Below, piece after piece: positions 9,916-18,632 of a DNA stretch of 64,000 nt. The DNA lies in assembly GCA_964435795.1 (NCBI GenBank), contig CAYTAT010000004.1, positions 28,955 through 92,954 on the forward strand. The letters are read 5' to 3'. Source of the DNA: an uncultured Spirochaetaceae bacterium (lineage in GTDB: Bacteria > Myxococcota_A > UBA9160 > UBA4427). Position numbers and translations under genes: made by a program. Position 1 is the first letter of the stretch. Every line of letters starts with the position of its first letter. The notes below the pieces were generated by a model, which was not told the DNA's origin, did no database searches, and saw nothing but the letters and a program-made list of their open reading frames with translations.

Positions 9916-9957
9916 TCAGAGGATAGAGCAGGTGGAAGGAGCCCGGGCCCGCGCCCT

Positions 9958-12168
9958 TCAACGCAGAGACCGAGTCCGCATATTCTTCCCGCCTCGAACC
10001 CTCCAGAGGAGAAAGGCCGACCAGGCGCAGAGGCCGCCCAATCCCAGCCAGCTGATGAGGGAGCCGATGCGAAAGCTCTCCGGTTGAAAGCGGAAATGGA
10101 CGTGTTGAATTCCCGGACCCACGCGGCAGCCCATGAAATCTCCATATACCCGCAGGATGCGACAATTCTCTGCATCCCGGGAGGCCGTCCAGCCGGCGTG
10201 GAAACTCTCGGCCAGTACCAGAAGCTGCGGGGTGGTGGAGCGGGTCTCAATTTCGATATCACCGGGATCGTCTCGGAGGATTCGCGCCTGGCCGAGGGGG
10301 TCGGCGGCGATGTCGATGGGTTCCGCGATCAGGGCGGTATTCTCGATATCGATGGTCAGAAGATCTCGGAGAATCCGATCGCTCACGTGTGCGTGGCCCA
10401 GGAGTCGTGCCCGGGGCAGGGGGGCTTCGATACGAGTTCCCCCCGACCAGGCGACCGATGCCAGTTGCATCGAGCGCAGAACCAGGGGAGAGTTCTTCCG
10501 AGACCGATGGGGATCTCCGATCGGTAGCATGCGATCGGGGACCAGCGCCGAGTATCCTCCCGCCAGGCGAATTCCTCTCATCGTGAAGACCGGAGGTGCG
10601 ACGTCGACGCGCTGACCGGATTCGAGACGGGGCGTGGGGATCTCGGAGATCCATCGATCGAGAGAGGTCGTTGGAAAGAGGCGCACATAGCTGAGCCCGT
10701 ATCCAGCGAGATCGAGGGTCGTGAAGAGGATCAGGAATGCCGCGGCTCGCGACGAATGCCGGGCCAGGCTCGCCACGGCCAGGCTGGCGATCGAGACCAG
10801 CAACATTCCGACTGCGACCCTGGGCCAGGAGGCGAGCGCAAATTCGGATCCCAATGCCCCGGACTCCAGGGCGAGGAAGAAGGAAAGGCTCAGGAGCAGG
10901 CTGAGAAGTGGCGGCAGGGCAAGGGGCCAGAGGCTGGCGAGAGGCTTGATTCGATCGGATCGGGCGCAGCGCAGCAGGTCTGCAAAAGCCGCAGCCGAGG
11001 CGATCGCGATCCCGAACTCGGCGAGCAGGAGGTAGCGGGCGGGGGCCCGGAAGAGGCCGATGATCGGCAGCGCCTGCTGAAGGCGGTAGAGCTGAGCCGA
11101 CTCGCCCATGGATAGAAGCAGCGCGAGTACGCTGAGCGTCAACGCGAAGCCGGTGATAGGCCAGAGGCTGCCCATTGCTTTTCGCCGCATCAATGCCCAG
11201 GTGAGCAATGGGGCGGATGCCGCTCCCACGTAGAAGGAGAGCTCCGATGTGTTGACGCCCACGACCCGGGCGTCGAAGAGATAGGGTGCGATCCACTGCA
11301 GGAGGTTGGCGGGATGCAGGGAGAGGCTGTCCGTGAATCCGGCGGAGGGCGCATTGCGAAAGGAATCGCCAAGGGCATCCCATTGGGGCAGTAGTTGAAC
11401 TCCGGCGAGAAGAAATGCCAACCCGATCGAGACGCCAATTCTCAGCGCAACCCCGACGAGTTCAATTCCGCTTTCCGATCCGAGTCGGGAACGTTCCCGG
11501 CCGAGGATGAAAAGGCCGTAGAGGCCCCCTGCGAGGAGCGTCATCCAGGTCATCTGGGGGTGGGATTTCAAGAGTTCGGAGGCAATGACGAGAGAGAGGC
11601 CGATCTGGGCGAAGACTTCTCGCCTTCGATTGCGTTCGAGGAGGGCGATGTCGACGAGCAAAAGCAGGAAGGGCAGGTGGGCGGAGATCGCGAGGAAGTT
11701 CAGGTGGGTGTAGTGAAGCATATTGAAGGAAGAGAAGCTGAAGAGGATCGCGCCAAGAACGGCCGAGACCCTCGGCATTCGCCAGCGTCGCAGCAGCAGG
11801 AATGTCCCCAGCCATAGCAGCAGGTAGTTCGAGATCCATTCCAGGCTGAAAGCTGCGCTCAGCGGAAGAAAGCGATAGCTGAGCCAGTTCAGCGGGTGGG
11901 TGAGTGCCGCCTGGCCTTCACCGTGGAGGTAGAAGCCGGTGTACTGGTGGGGAAGCCAGAGGGTTTCGTGACCCGAGGCGAGGGCCATGGAGAAGAAGTG
12001 TCGTATCGGCAGGTGAAAATTCCCCAGGTCGCCGGCCACATAGACTTCGCCCTGGAGTAGCGGCCAGGCGAGAGCCGCCGGGATGACGGCGGAACAGAGG
12101 AGGCCGAGGACCAGCAGTCCCCTGAATCGCCGGGTCGGTTCGGGTTCTGGATCGGGCTGCAAATTCAT
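9958..12168 (-). CDS. Large polytopic membrane protein, YfhO-like (putative glycosyltransferase-type)
   Basis: Many hydrophobic helices. The N-terminal region (GDLGNFHLPIRHFF...LWLPHQYTGFYLHGEGQ...LRRWRM) resembles the YfhO family. Trimmed to ATG 12168 (MNLQPDPEP..RRFRGLLVLGLL). Confidence 0.55.
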   Translation of the reverse strand: MNLQPDPEPEPTRRFRGLLVLGLLCSAVIPAALAWPLLQGEVYVAGDLGNFHLPIRHFFSMALASGHETLWLPHQYTGFYLHGEGQAALTHPLNWLSYRFLPLSAAFSLEWISNYLLLWLGTFLLLRRWRMPRVSAVLGAILFSFSSFNMLHYTHLNFLAISAHLPFLLLLVDIALLERNRRREVFAQIGLSLVIASELLKSHPQMTWMTLLAGGLYGLFILGRERSRLGSESGIELVGVALRIGVSIGLAFLLAGVQLLPQWDALGDSFRNAPSAGFTDSLSLHPANLLQWIAPYLFDARVVGVNTSELSFYVGAASAPLLTWALMRRKAMGSLWPITGFALTLSVLALLLSMGESAQLYRLQQALPIIGLFRAPARYLLLAEFGIAIASAAAFADLLRCARSDRIKPLASLWPLALPPLLSLLLSLSFFLALESGALGSEFALASWPRVAVGMLLVSIASLAVASLARHSSRAAAFLILFTTLDLAGYGLSYVRLFPTTSLDRWISEIPTPRLESGQRVDVAPPVFTMRGIRLAGGYSALVPDRMLPIGDPHRSRKNSPLVLRSMQLASVAWSGGTRIEAPLPRARLLGHAHVSDRILRDLLTIDIENTALIAEPIDIAADPLGQARILRDDPGDIEIETRSTTPQLLVLAESFHAGWTASRDAENCRILRVYGDFMGCRVGPGIQHVHFRFQPESFRIGSLISWLGLGGLCAWSAFLLWRVRGGKNMRTRSLR

Positions 12169-12654
12169 CTGCCGAATAGAATGGCATGACTGAACCCCGG
12201 TCTCGAATCTCCGCAGATCGCCGCGTCCTCGAAGCCTTCGGGAGGCCGGATGGGCGGCGATCGGATCTGAGGTCCACGGGGAGGCAATGGCGCGAGGGCC
12301 GTTTCCGCGCGCCGCCGCGGGGTTCGCAGAGGCCCCATCGATCCGGCAGGGTGCTTTTGCACCCAGCCGGATCGATGGGAAGGGCATTTGACGTGAAGCG
12401 CCGGCCCCTGGGACTCACAATGGCCTATCGGTCTTCAATTTCCAGCAAGAGTGACCGAACCGATTTCAAGGGTGAAAAGTCGGCGGTGGGAATTCAAGAG
12501 TCGTCGCTGAAATTCGAGGGCGGCTCTACGAAGATGTGCGCTCGCAGAAATGGTGGCGAGAGCGATGGGATGCATAGCGGTGGGCAGTTCTCAGGGACGC
12601 CGCCATTTTGTCGGCGAGGTCTGTCAATATCTTCAACGAAAGACGCTGGATCTG

Positions 12655-13324
12655 GTGTCGGAGCAGGCAGCTTTCTAGCTGTCCTTGCGATCGCTCTTGA
12701 ATCCTTCTCCCGCCCCGCTTTCTCGGCTCCCGAATCCGGGGCGTTCGTAGCTGAAGTCGAAAATGGGGCAGTCATCGCGGAGGTGGAACACGCGGCCCCA
12801 GCTCTTTCCCTGCGTGACGCATTGGCTCGCGCGGTCGAATACAGCCCCGAACTCGCATCGTTTTCATGGGAAATTCGAGCCAGGGAGGCGCATGCAATCC
12901 AGACGGGATTGCTGCCCAACCCTTTTCTCGTGATGGAGATCGAAGATTTCGCGGGCTCCGGCCCCTCCCACGGATTCGCCGCAGCCCAGATCGTCTTCTT
13001 CGTACCGATGCGGATGCCGACGATACGGTCGTGGAGGGCTCATGCCTGCGTCTGAGACCCGTGTTGATCACGGTTGCAACGGCTGCATTGGGACTGACTC
13101 CTCTGCTGATGTCCTCGGGAGTCGGAAGCGAAACGCAGCGTCCCCTGGCCACGGTTGTTCTCGGGGGCCTCTCGAGCTCGATGCTGGCCACCCTATTCAT
13201 TCTGCCCTGCATCTATCGACGCATCATCACGACCGCGGCCAATCAGGATCCGGGGACTTCCTGGACTCCAGGAGAGGGTGGGCTGGAAGTTGCGACGAAA
13301 TTGCCGCTCTCCGAAAGCATCTGA
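12655..13324 (+). pseudogene. Relic of a czcCBA-type heavy-metal RND efflux operon: a CzcC-like N-terminal fragment abutting a CzcA-like C-terminal fragment
   Basis: About 12800-12993 translates to LSLRDALARAVEYSPELASFSWEIRAREAHAIQTGLLPNPFLVMEIEDFAGSGPSHGFAAAQI, an outer-membrane-factor N-terminus. In another frame, about 13005-13324 translates to DADDTVVEGSCLRLRPVLITVATAALGLTPLLMSSGVGSETQRPLATVVLGGLSSSMLATLFILPCIY, the last TM helices of an RND pump. No CzcB and no pump body lie between them. Confidence 0.7.
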
Positions 13325-13398
13325 AGGTAGTTCTTCCTTTCCCGAGGGCTTCGATCCGGGAAGTGATCAGGGCCCGCCCGCATTCGCCCGCATCCTTC

Positions 13399-14790
13399 TC
13401 ATGAGCCGATTTCGGGAAGGATTCTTTCCTCGTCAGCCCCTCCGGCTTCGAAGGTTGCGGCATCGATCTCGGCCAGCCAGTTGAGTTGAAGGTCTTCCAT
13501 GATCTTCCATCCCCGCTTCTCCACCTCGCTACGGGTCCGCGGAGATAATGTGCCCGAGATCAGCAGAGTCTTCCCCGTGATCCCTTCCCGCTCCGCCAGA
13601 TCGAGTTCCAGGCGGTTGAAGACTTCGGCTGCGCTCGGAGTCCAATATGCGGAGTCCAGACAGAAAGGCAGGATGACTTCGCCCTCGGCGGTACGAGCCA
13701 GAATCAGATCGCTCGAAGAAAATAACTGATTGGGCTCGGCGACTCGCTGATGATAGGCGGAAAAGAGTTGAGCGAGGCGCGTGAAGGAATGGGTTTCGTG
13801 GAGGTTGTCGGCCAGTAGAGCCGATGAGATGAAGGCGGAGAAGCCGGCGGCCTTCTCCAAGCTTGCCAGGGATTCGATGAGGGTGGCGAGGCGACTCGGC
13901 GAGTACCAGGGATGGGTTACGAATTCATCGGCCAGCACCTCGTCCACTTCCAACTCTTGCACGAGTATTCTGCGACCGCTGAGTCGGATTTCCTCCGGTG
14001 TCTTGTCGCGAAGTTCGCGTTTCATATCGTCGCTCGTATTGCTGACACTGAGGGCTATGGAGGCCCCACCCGGGACCGCGATCAGGGGCAGTCGGACGCT
14101 CAAGCCGCCCGCCAGGGAGAGCCATCCATAGCGGTCGAGGGCCGTTTGAAGCGGGGGATAGGCGCTGTAGACGTCTACGCCGAGTCGGTAGGCCCAGCTG
14201 CGCTTCGCCCTGCCAAAGCCGATCAGCTCATCGATGTAGTCATCCTCGAGATAGGTCCGTCCTGCGTTCGTCATTTCGTAATAGCCCCGTGCCATCTTCC
14301 AGATGCCACGGGGAATATTGGATGTGGTCTGGATCGGATGGAGGAGTAACTGCATTCCTCCTTCCAGGGGGGATTCTGCGGCATTCGCGAGGGCCAGGAC
14401 GTAGACCTCCCGATCTTCGAGTCCGGCCTCTCGCAATTCCCAAAGCCTCTCGAGTTCGTGGACGCGCTTGCGCAGAAGTCCCATGCTTCGAACCTCGAAA
14501 ATTCCCTCCGAACTGCTGACTCGATACTTCTGGCTGAAGTCCCTCTCGAGCGTGATGGAGAGGACGACGTGGTGGGCGCCTCGGAAAAGAGCGGGGGGCA
14601 GTTTTTTCTGGGGATCGAGCTCGGCCGGCGCCACTTCGAAATTCCGATTTTCTTCGTAGCCGTCGCCAAGCCTTTCGTAGCCGGTGGCCGTACGGGAATC
14701 CGGCGGTGACGTCCTGGGCGCGCACGCCCACTGAAAGGTCAGGCAGAGGAGCAGGCAGGCGAAGTCGGCTAGGGAAGAGTTTCGCGGCAT
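13399..14790 (-). CDS. Hypothetical lipoprotein (no family recognised)
   Basis: MPRNSSLADFACLLLCLTFQWACAP signal/lipobox. AAGGAGG..CAGGAAG lies upstream of ATG 14790. The track ORF continues in frame to 15228, but that part looks non-coding or decayed. Confidence 0.6.
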   Translation of the reverse strand: MPRNSSLADFACLLLCLTFQWACAPRTSPPDSRTATGYERLGDGYEENRNFEVAPAELDPQKKLPPALFRGAHHVVLSITLERDFSQKYRVSSSEGIFEVRSMGLLRKRVHELERLWELREAGLEDREVYVLALANAAESPLEGGMQLLLHPIQTTSNIPRGIWKMARGYYEMTNAGRTYLEDDYIDELIGFGRAKRSWAYRLGVDVYSAYPPLQTALDRYGWLSLAGGLSVRLPLIAVPGGASIALSVSNTSDDMKRELRDKTPEEIRLSGRRILVQELEVDEVLADEFVTHPWYSPSRLATLIESLASLEKAAGFSAFISSALLADNLHETHSFTRLAQLFSAYHQRVAEPNQLFSSSDLILARTAEGEVILPFCLDSAYWTPSAAEVFNRLELDLAEREGITGKTLLISGTLSPRTRSEVEKRGWKIMEDLQLNWLAEIDAATFEAGGADEERILPEIGS

Positions 14791-15414
14791 GGATCGCTTC
14801 CTGCCCTCCTTCGGGGATTCCCTGCAATCGGGAGAAGATAGTGTATCCCGCCGAAAAGAGAGAAGAGATGAGCGTTCTCTTGTTTTCGGGAGACATCTCT
14901 CGCGCAGTGCGGATCGCGGAAGTCCTGGAGACGGCCCAGAGGAGAGTACTCCGCGAAAGGTCTTCTCGATGTTGCGCAGGATCTTGTGGACCGATCGAAG
15001 ATGCGCCGCTTCAGGGCCTGGATCGCCGACTCCAATGTCCGCATTGAATCCACCCGGTCGGATCGATCTCAGGAAGATCGTTCCCACGAATGCGAAGGGG
15101 GCTCCGAAAAGCGGATGCCGGAGAATCTGATGTTTCGCGACGCCCCTGAGGTTCGTTTTCAGTAGTGCATAGCCCCGAATGGGATTGATGCTGCCCACAT
15201 GATTGATGACGAAGGCGGCCGGCCTCAAGCCGAGGCGCTCTCTGCCGCTTATTCTCTTCTCGATACCGATGGCCCAGGCCGCGCCCAGGGCCGACGCCGG
15301 TCACGGATCCAGACGGGGTTGCAGAGGCCCGCGCCCAGTCCGAGCGGCATCAGAGCGGGGGCCATCAGGGTTCGGAGCGCGTCGCGAAGTCCGGATGTCT
15401 TTTCGACTTGACCG

Positions 15415-15843
15415 TCAGGAAATGATCTGGCCACCCGCTGCCAGCCAGTCTTGTATTACCTTCGCGGCCTCGTTCGGATTGTAGAGATCCTCCTGCAAAG
15501 AGAAGAGCCCATCGCCTGCGTATTCGAGAATTGTGACACAGCCGAATCGGAAGACGCGATCCCCTCCCGACGGGTCTGGAAGCACCTGCCACGGATAGTA
15601 GGCGACGCGTTCATCCTCGATCAGAACCCACTCAACGGGAAAGCTCATCATCGGGAAGCGCTTCATCGTTCCGAGAATCATTTCACGGATGGCCTCCCGC
15701 CCGTGGAAGGTCCCCAGATGATGTTCGATCCAGATACAGTCCTCGCTATGGAGGTCGGCCCAGGCCGACCACTCCCCTGAGTCACCCGCCTCGATGAAAT
15801 GGCGATAGGCCGCTTCCACTTCCTGCCTTGAGAATTTTGACAT
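15415..15843 (-). CDS. SnoaL-like / NTF2-fold protein
   Basis: 142 aa. EVEAAYRHFIEAGDSGEWSAWADLHSEDCIWIEH..GTFHGREAIREMI is typical of SnoaL-like polyketide-cyclase-fold proteins. Confidence 0.65.
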   Translation of the reverse strand: MSKFSRQEVEAAYRHFIEAGDSGEWSAWADLHSEDCIWIEHHLGTFHGREAIREMILGTMKRFPMMSFPVEWVLIEDERVAYYPWQVLPDPSGGDRVFRFGCVTILEYAGDGLFSLQEDLYNPNEAAKVIQDWLAAGGQIIS

Positions 15844-15986
15844 GATCCGCTTCCTCCTTTAGAGCCGGATTCTCAGCGTCGAGGTCTGACACGTCAGGAT
15901 CTGGCAACTCAAGGGTAGGCATGTGGGCGAATCCTTGCGATCCTGGGGAGGCGGAAAATCATCCGCGAAGAGGAGTTCATGGAGTC

Positions 15987-16376
15987 ATGCCGACAGCCTC
16001 ACGAATGCGGGAATTGATGAGGAATTATTTGAAACGGGTAGCCGATCATGATCTCGAAGGAGTGCTTTCCCTCTTTTCGGAGTCGATTTCCGTCGAGGAT
16101 CCGGTGGGGGGACCTCCGGGAACCCACGTCGTCGGCATTGCGGATGTGTCTGAATTCTTTCGCAGGGGCTTCGGGTCGAGTGCACCCCACCCCACCCCGA
16201 TCGGACCCATCGTGACCACGGCAGGAAATGAAGCCGCGATGATGTTCACCCTGAGGCTCCTGATCCGAGGCGAGGAGAGGGTGATCGATGTCATCGATGT
16301 CTTCCGATTCGATGGCGAGGATCGGATCGAATCCTTGCGGGCATTCTGGAATTTCGAGGAGGCACGGCATCCCTGA
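15987..16376 (+). CDS. NTF2-fold protein (ketosteroid-isomerase-like)
   Basis: MRELMRNYLKRVADHDLEGVLSLFSESISVEDPVGGP...IDVFRFDGEDRIESLRAFW. Trimmed to ATG 15987. Confidence 0.6.
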   Translation: MPTASRMRELMRNYLKRVADHDLEGVLSLFSESISVEDPVGGPPGTHVVGIADVSEFFRRGFGSSAPHPTPIGPIVTTAGNEAAMMFTLRLLIRGEERVIDVIDVFRFDGEDRIESLRAFWNFEEARHP

Positions 16377-16607
16377 CGCCTCCCGATCACCCCGACTCCT
16401 GCCTCGAAAGGGATGGTGCGCCGCCGCCGCCGATCCGATCTGTCGCTGCGAAATTTCCCCTTGCGTCCTTCCTCTCCCCCATGGCCGCTCTGCCCACAGT
16501 CGTCCCGGGTCGCGGCATCTTCCTGGGCTTTCGCGTTTTGGGGGAGCATTATTTCATCGGCTCGAAAGAGACTATGTTCTCGGTCTCGAAATTGAGCTGC
16601 TCCGGGA

Positions 16608-18632
16608 GTGGCAGCAGGAGAGGGGATTCTCGACGCGATGCGGAGGCTACTGGCATTCGGAAGCCTATTGCTCTTCCTGATGGGCGCGGGCTGCCTGGCG
16701 CTTACCATTTATCTATGGATCGGAGACTGGCCCAAACGTACCCGGGAAGTGGTCGATCATTATCGTTCCGTCGCCGAGATGGCGGATTATTCGGGATCGC
16801 CGGCGATTGGAAATATCTATGCCCGGAATACGAAAGATCTCGGCGGTCGCTGGCAGGCCGTGATCGATCCCTATGCGGCGGGAGACATCGGGGGAATTGC
16901 GGCCCGGGCCGTGGAACAGACTTCGCCCAGCGATCTCTCGGAATTCTCGTATCGCGATGGGCTCGAGTTGGAGGTGCCGGGCGATTGGAATAGCCAGGAC
17001 CCTCGCCTCCATTTCTATCGGGGTGTGGTCTGGTACAAGAGAGAATTTCAAAACGATGCGACGCCCGATGCCCGCAGCTTCATCTGGGTCGGGGCGGCGA
17101 ATTATCGCGCATCCGTCTATTTGAACGGACTTCTTCTCGGAGAGCACGAAGGGGGGTTTACGCCCTTCAACTTCGAATTGACGGGAAGAATCAAAGCCGG
17201 CTCCAATCTGCTGGTGATCCGGGTCGACAATGAAAAAGGCGACCAGGACGTACCGACAACGAGAACGGATTGGCATAATTACGGGGGCCTGACCCGCGAC
17301 GTTCTGCTCGTCGATCTGCCCCAGACCTTCATCCGCGATTATTCCGTTCGCTGGGAGGGAAGGCAGGCCGGAACCCTCACCGGTTTCGTACAACTCGATG
17401 GAGATGTCTCCCGCCGCAAGATCCAGATGCGAATTTCCGAACTCGGTATCGACGTCGAGCTTCAATCGGGAGAAGACGGCCGTGCGACTTTCGAGGTCGA
17501 GGCCACTCCAGAGCTCTGGTCTCCCGATTCGCCCAGGCTCTATAGCGTGGAGTTTTCGACCGTAGAGGATCGGGTCAGCGAGGAAATCGGATTTCGGAAG
17601 GTAAGCGTGAAAGGGGATCAGATCTTGCTCAATGACCTGCCGATCTTCTTGAGGGGCATATCGATCCACGAGGAATCGGGCCATGGCGGGGGTCGCGCCC
17701 ATAGCCGTGAAGATGCGGAAAGGCTGTTGGGCTGGGCCCAGGACCTGCAGGCCAATTTTGTCAGACTCGCCCACTACCCCCACAGTGAATTCATGGCCCG
17801 GGTGGCGGATGAGAAGGGTCTTCTCGTCTGGGAGGAAATACCGGTCTATTGGAATATCGACTTCGGCAATCCGCAGACCCTGCAACGGGCTCGACAGCAG
17901 CTTTCGGAATTGATCGAAAGGGATCGCAATCGGGCTTCGGTCATTTTCTGGAGCATCGGCAACGAAACGCCCCATGGCGAGGAGCGGCAGAAATTCATGG
18001 CCGCCCTGGCCGCTGAGGTGCGGAGTCGGGACTCCAGTCGGCTGCTGACGGCGGCCATGCTGACTTCCGGTGAAGATCTGGGTCGTTTCTTTCTCACCTC
18101 CTATCTGCCCGCCCTGCTCGGCCTGCCCAGTGGCGATTGGGAGTACAGAATCGGAGATCCCCTGGCCGAGTTGGTGGATGTCCAGGCTCTGAATCAATAT
18201 TTCGGCTGGTATTACAGCGGGGCTCTCGGTCTCCTCGGCCCCTTCTCCAGTTATTTCTCGCGACAGGTGATGCTCGAGAATATGCATCGGATTCGGATTC
18301 TGGGAGATCGACCTGGGCCGATCATCGTGAGCGAGATGGGCGCGGGCGCCAAATTGGGGATGCGAGTTCCCGAGGCGGAACTGGCCGTTTTCAGCGAGGA
18401 GTACCAGGCGCTGGTCTATCGCAGGCAGATCGAGATGCTTGAAATTCAGAGTGGTCTGGCCGGGGTGAGTCCCTGGATCCTCAAGGACTTCCGGGCCCCG
18501 GGACGTCTCTACCAGGGGGTTCAGGATTATTGGAATCGCAAAGGCCTGCTCTCGGATGACGGGAGCAAGAAGCTGGCTTTTCATGTACTTCGAGCCTGGT
18601 ATGAGGAACTCGCGAAGGAGGGAGACGGGTGA
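16608..18632 (+). CDS. Glycoside hydrolase family 2 (beta-glucuronidase/galactosidase-like), N-terminal membrane anchor
   Basis: YRGVVWYKREF, ASVYLNGLLLGEHEGGFTPFNFELT, NFVRLAHYPH, WSIGNE. Alternative start at ATG 16638. Confidence 0.85.
   Translation: MAAGEGILDAMRRLLAFGSLLLFLMGAGCLALTIYLWIGDWPKRTREVVDHYRSVAEMADYSGSPAIGNIYARNTKDLGGRWQAVIDPYAAGDIGGIAARAVEQTSPSDLSEFSYRDGLELEVPGDWNSQDPRLHFYRGVVWYKREFQNDATPDARSFIWVGAANYRASVYLNGLLLGEHEGGFTPFNFELTGRIKAGSNLLVIRVDNEKGDQDVPTTRTDWHNYGGLTRDVLLVDLPQTFIRDYSVRWEGRQAGTLTGFVQLDGDVSRRKIQMRISELGIDVELQSGEDGRATFEVEATPELWSPDSPRLYSVEFSTVEDRVSEEIGFRKVSVKGDQILLNDLPIFLRGISIHEESGHGGGRAHSREDAERLLGWAQDLQANFVRLAHYPHSEFMARVADEKGLLVWEEIPVYWNIDFGNPQTLQRARQQLSELIERDRNRASVIFWSIGNETPHGEERQKFMAALAAEVRSRDSSRLLTAAMLTSGEDLGRFFLTSYLPALLGLPSGDWEYRIGDPLAELVDVQALNQYFGWYYSGALGLLGPFSSYFSRQVMLENMHRIRILGDRPGPIIVSEMGAGAKLGMRVPEAELAVFSEEYQALVYRRQIEMLEIQSGLAGVSPWILKDFRAPGRLYQGVQDYWNRKGLLSDDGSKKLAFHVLRAWYEELAKEGDG

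Noticed and set aside
12186-13055. 289-aa ORF treated as an intact gene.
   Set aside because: Only its 12800-12993 part resembles a real protein, a CzcC-like N-terminus. It then runs into out-of-frame CzcA-like sequence, so I interpret it as a pseudogene relic.
16713-18584. 623-aa minus-strand ORF antisense to the GH2 gene.
   Set aside because: It has Arg/Pro/Gly-rich composition and no recognisable motif. The plus-strand frame carries clear GH2 signatures. Long antisense ORFs are expected at this G+C.
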